From: Candidatus Altimarinota bacterium
GTDB taxonomy: Bacteria > Patescibacteriota > Gracilibacteria > UBA1369
NCBI GenBank assembly: GCA_041659405.1
Contig: JBAZYK010000018.1
Span: forward strand, 1 to 8,601
DNA length: 8,601 nucleotides
Direction: 5' to 3'
The position numbers and the translations under genes were made by a program. This document shows, one piece after another, positions 6,661-8,601 of the stretch. Numbering within the stretch: position 1 is the stretch's first letter; each line of letters opens with the position of its first letter. The notes under the pieces were generated by a model. The model was given only the letters and a program-made list of their open reading frames with translations. It was not told the DNA's origin and did not search any database.

Positions 6661-6740
6661 GTGTTCAGTTCGGAAATGTTGGCTGAGCACAGCCGGGGTA
6701 GGGGCCCTGTGTGCGAAGACAATATTTCCGAACTGAACAT
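6661..6740. repeat. Structured element copy 2: long imperfect hairpin between yidC and jag
   Basis: GTGTTCAGTTCGGAAATGTTG (6661-6681) pairs with CAATATTTCCGAACTGAACAT (6720-6740), 21 bp with two G.U. The interior GGCTGAGCACA...CCCTGTGT..GAAGA is conserved with copy 1. Same orientation as copy 1. Confidence 0.9.
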
Positions 6741-6761
6741 AACTTATAACTTATAAATTTC

Positions 6762-7223
6762 ATGGAATCACTAATTCAAGAAACACTTCAGGAACTTTTG
6801 GAAAAACTATCTACACCTTTCCGCAAAATTCGCATTGAGAAACGTGATGAAAATACTTATCGCGTCAATATAGAAAGCGAAGAACCAAGCCTTTTAATTG
6901 GCCATCATGGTGAAAACATCGGGGCGCTCCAAAGCATTCTAAAAAGCCTAATCTGGAGCAAACAGGACGGCGAATTTAACATTATTCTTGATATTGATGA
7001 TTACCGCAAACGCCAGGAGGAAAACGTGATTAAACTCGCAGAAAGAAAAGTGGACATGGTCAGAAAAACCAATCAACCACAACCACTTCCGGCAATGTCG
7101 CCTTATTTCCGCAGAGTTGTTCATCTTCATCTTGCCGCAAAATTCCCGGACATTGTTTCCGAAAGCGCCGGTGAAGGCGATTTCCGCCACATCACAATAA
7201 AAACGGCTGCGCCACAAAGTTAA
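6762..7223 (+). CDS. jag: Jag/KhpB-like RNA-binding protein (KH + R3H domains)
   Basis: 153 aa. 'EEPSLLIGHHGENIGALQSILKSLIW' (KH GxxG region) and 'RKRQEENVIKLAERKVDMVRKTNQPQPLPAMSPYFRRVVHLHLAAKFPDIVSESAGEGDFRHITIKTA' (R3H), in the typical position after yidC. Confidence 0.92.
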   Translation: MESLIQETLQELLEKLSTPFRKIRIEKRDENTYRVNIESEEPSLLIGHHGENIGALQSILKSLIWSKQDGEFNIILDIDDYRKRQEENVIKLAERKVDMVRKTNQPQPLPAMSPYFRRVVHLHLAAKFPDIVSESAGEGDFRHITIKTAAPQS

Positions 7224-7253
7224 TTGCGTTTTCTAAAGTTTAAAAGCCCATCT

Positions 7254-8339
7254 ATGAAAAAGCTCAACTTGGTGCGCAAAACACTAACTTCAATCGCATT
7301 TGGCACAAGCCTGATGCTGGCTTTTGTTTTTGCTGCTCAAGCCCAAACTCCCACAGATACTCAACAAACTCAGCAAACGCAGGCTTTAACTGAACAGACT
7401 CAACAAACTCAGGTTTCAACCCAGGAAACTCAAGTCACAACTCAACAAACTCAAGCTGCAACACAGCAAACTCAACAAACCACCCAACAGACGCAGGATA
7501 CCACACCCATGTTTAGCGATATTCCGATCGGAAGCACGCACTATTATGCAATTAAATACCTAAAAGATCACAACATCATTCACGGTTATGATGATGGAAC
7601 GTTTCGCTCCAACAAAGAAATCAACCGTGCCGAGGCCCTAAAAATAATTTTAGGCGCAATATCCAAAGATCCACAAAAAAAAGATGTCCCCACTTTTGAA
7701 GATGTTAAAGAAACCGCCTGGTTTTATCCTTTTGTTTTACAGGGTTATCAAAATGAAATTATTAAAGGTTATCCTGATGAACTCTTTCATCCTGAACAAA
7801 CCATTACGCGCGTAGAAGCACTTAAAATGGCCTTGTTGCAAGAAAACAAGACAATTTCTACAGATGTAACCGTCCGCCCATACAGCGACGTGCCAATTGA
7901 TGTTTGGTACACGCCTTATGCCAAAGTTTCCAAGGACCGCGGCTTATTTGTGGAAACCAGAACCAATGGCGGCCAACTTTTACCTGCAACAACGGTAAAT
8001 CGCGGAGAATTCGCCGAAATGATGTATCACCTGATTGAAAGCAATAATGGCTCAATCTTCAACCGCGCCAGTTACTATTCTGACTTTTTTGCCGGACGGA
8101 ATACTTCAAGCGGAGTTCCTTATAATCCGAACATTTTCACTGCCGCACATAAAACTCTACCATTTGGCACGATTTTAATCGTAAAAAATTTAGCCAATGG
8201 CCAAGAAGTGGAAGTAAAGGTAAATGACCGCGGACCTTTTGCCACAGGCATAAGTTTGGACCTTTCCAAATCCGCGTTTGCCAGCATTGCCGCAACCAGC
8301 GCCGGCATAATCAACATAGAATATAAAATCAAACAGTAA
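7254..8339 (+). CDS. Secreted protein with signal peptide, Gln/Thr-rich linker, SLH domains and RlpA-like double-psi beta-barrel domain
   Basis: The ATG at 7254 gives a clean signal peptide (MKKLNLVRKTLTSIAFGTSLMLAFVFAAQAQT), preferred over the TTG at 7224 in the track. Three SLH-like units (FSDIP...ATYY-type: MFSDIPIGSTHYYAIKYLKDHNIIHGYDDGTFRSNKEINRAEALKII; TFEDVKETAWFYPFVLQGYQNEIIKGYPDELFHPEQTITRVEALKMAL; PYSDVPIDVWYTPYAKVSKDRGLF). C-terminal ASYYSDFFAGRNTSSG...FTAAHKTLPFGTILIVKNLANGQEVEVKVNDRGPF. Confidence 0.88.
   Translation: MKKLNLVRKTLTSIAFGTSLMLAFVFAAQAQTPTDTQQTQQTQALTEQTQQTQVSTQETQVTTQQTQAATQQTQQTTQQTQDTTPMFSDIPIGSTHYYAIKYLKDHNIIHGYDDGTFRSNKEINRAEALKIILGAISKDPQKKDVPTFEDVKETAWFYPFVLQGYQNEIIKGYPDELFHPEQTITRVEALKMALLQENKTISTDVTVRPYSDVPIDVWYTPYAKVSKDRGLFVETRTNGGQLLPATTVNRGEFAEMMYHLIESNNGSIFNRASYYSDFFAGRNTSSGVPYNPNIFTAAHKTLPFGTILIVKNLANGQEVEVKVNDRGPFATGISLDLSKSAFASIAATSAGIINIEYKIKQ
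7363..7500 (+). repeat. Low-complexity coding repeat encoding Gln/Thr-rich linker (TQQTQ units)
   Basis: Repeated ACTCAACAAACTCAG-like units translate as TQQTQQTQALTEQTQQTQVSTQETQVTTQQTQAATQQTQQTTQQTQDTT. Confidence 0.8.
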
Positions 8340-8350
8340 TCATAAAATAA

Positions 8351-8601
8351 ATGTCACTAGAGGAACTAATCAGAAGAAAACACGGCAAAGTAATCGCCAA
8401 AAAAATCCCTTTCTCGCAAGAGGTTAAAAGAAGCATTTACCTGCTGATTATTACATTATTGGCGTTAATTGTTTTGCTTGGGATCGTTTTTTTAATGAAC
8501 ACAAGCCAATCCACCCAAAAAGGCTATGTTGTTCAAAAAGAACAGTTCGATAAAGATAAATTCCTGCTCAGAAACCGCGAGCTGATCAACAAAATCATCG
8601 A
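8351..8601 (+). CDS. Partial single-TM protein with following charged/coiled-coil-like segment; FtsL/DivIC-like candidate (3' end outside window)
   Basis: Read through window end: MSLEELIRRKHGKVIAKKIPFSQEVKRSIYLLIITLLALIVLLGIVFLMNTSQSTQKGYVVQKEQFDKDKFLLRNRELINKII... A cytoplasmic N-terminus, one TM and a charged extracytoplasmic segment resemble small divisome proteins; family assignment is weak. Confidence 0.5.
   Translation, partial: MSLEELIRRKHGKVIAKKIPFSQEVKRSIYLLIITLLALIVLLGIVFLMNTSQSTQKGYVVQKEQFDKDKFLLRNRELINKII

Noticed and set aside
6661-6740. Long hairpin downstream of yidC as an intrinsic terminator
   Set aside because: The stem is followed by AACTTATAAC, not a U-run, and a homologous copy sits in a leader upstream of rpmH, so a simple terminator does not explain it.
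7363-7500. Tandem-like DNA repeat as a possible CRISPR or satellite array
   Set aside because: It is in frame and encodes a Gln/Thr-rich linker in a secreted protein, with no spacer/repeat architecture.
6948-8332. Minus-strand ORFs 6948-7217, 7858-8055 and 8120-8332
   Set aside because: Antisense to jag and SLH/RlpA coding sequences, with no motif support.

Overview
The window looks like a chromosomal segment from a streamlined bacterium, plausibly CPR/Patescibacteria such as a Peregrinibacteria-like lineage (taxon inferred from gene content only). It uses the standard code: TAA stops mostly, TGA as one stop, and no in-frame TGA in the long ORFs. Left part: the 3' end of an AMP/thymidine phosphorylase gene, an archaeal-type ribose-1,5-bisphosphate isomerase (eIF-2B-like), and a dCMP/CMP-deaminase-family protein. 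This suggests an archaeal-style nucleotide-to-RuBP salvage module in a bacterium. Next, on the minus strand, is a large degenerate PP2C-like / TM / beta-propeller-like membrane protein. Divergent from it are a TrpG/PabA-type glutamine amidotransferase and an overlapping small Gly-rich membrane protein. Right part: the conserved rpmH-rnpA-yidC-jag block (rpmH is missing from the supplied ORF track), then a secreted SLH + RlpA-like (DPBB) protein and a truncated single-TM, FtsL/DivIC-like ORF. The most notable unexplained signal is a pair of about 80-bp elements (4763-4843 and 6661-6740). Each forms a 21-22 bp near-perfect long hairpin with a conserved interior. The two copies differ by three double compensatory base-pair changes and one paired indel in the stem, which strongly suggests selection for RNA or DNA structure. 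The first lies in the presumed 5' leader of rpmH and the second between yidC and jag. No CRISPR, tRNA or rRNA was recognised.
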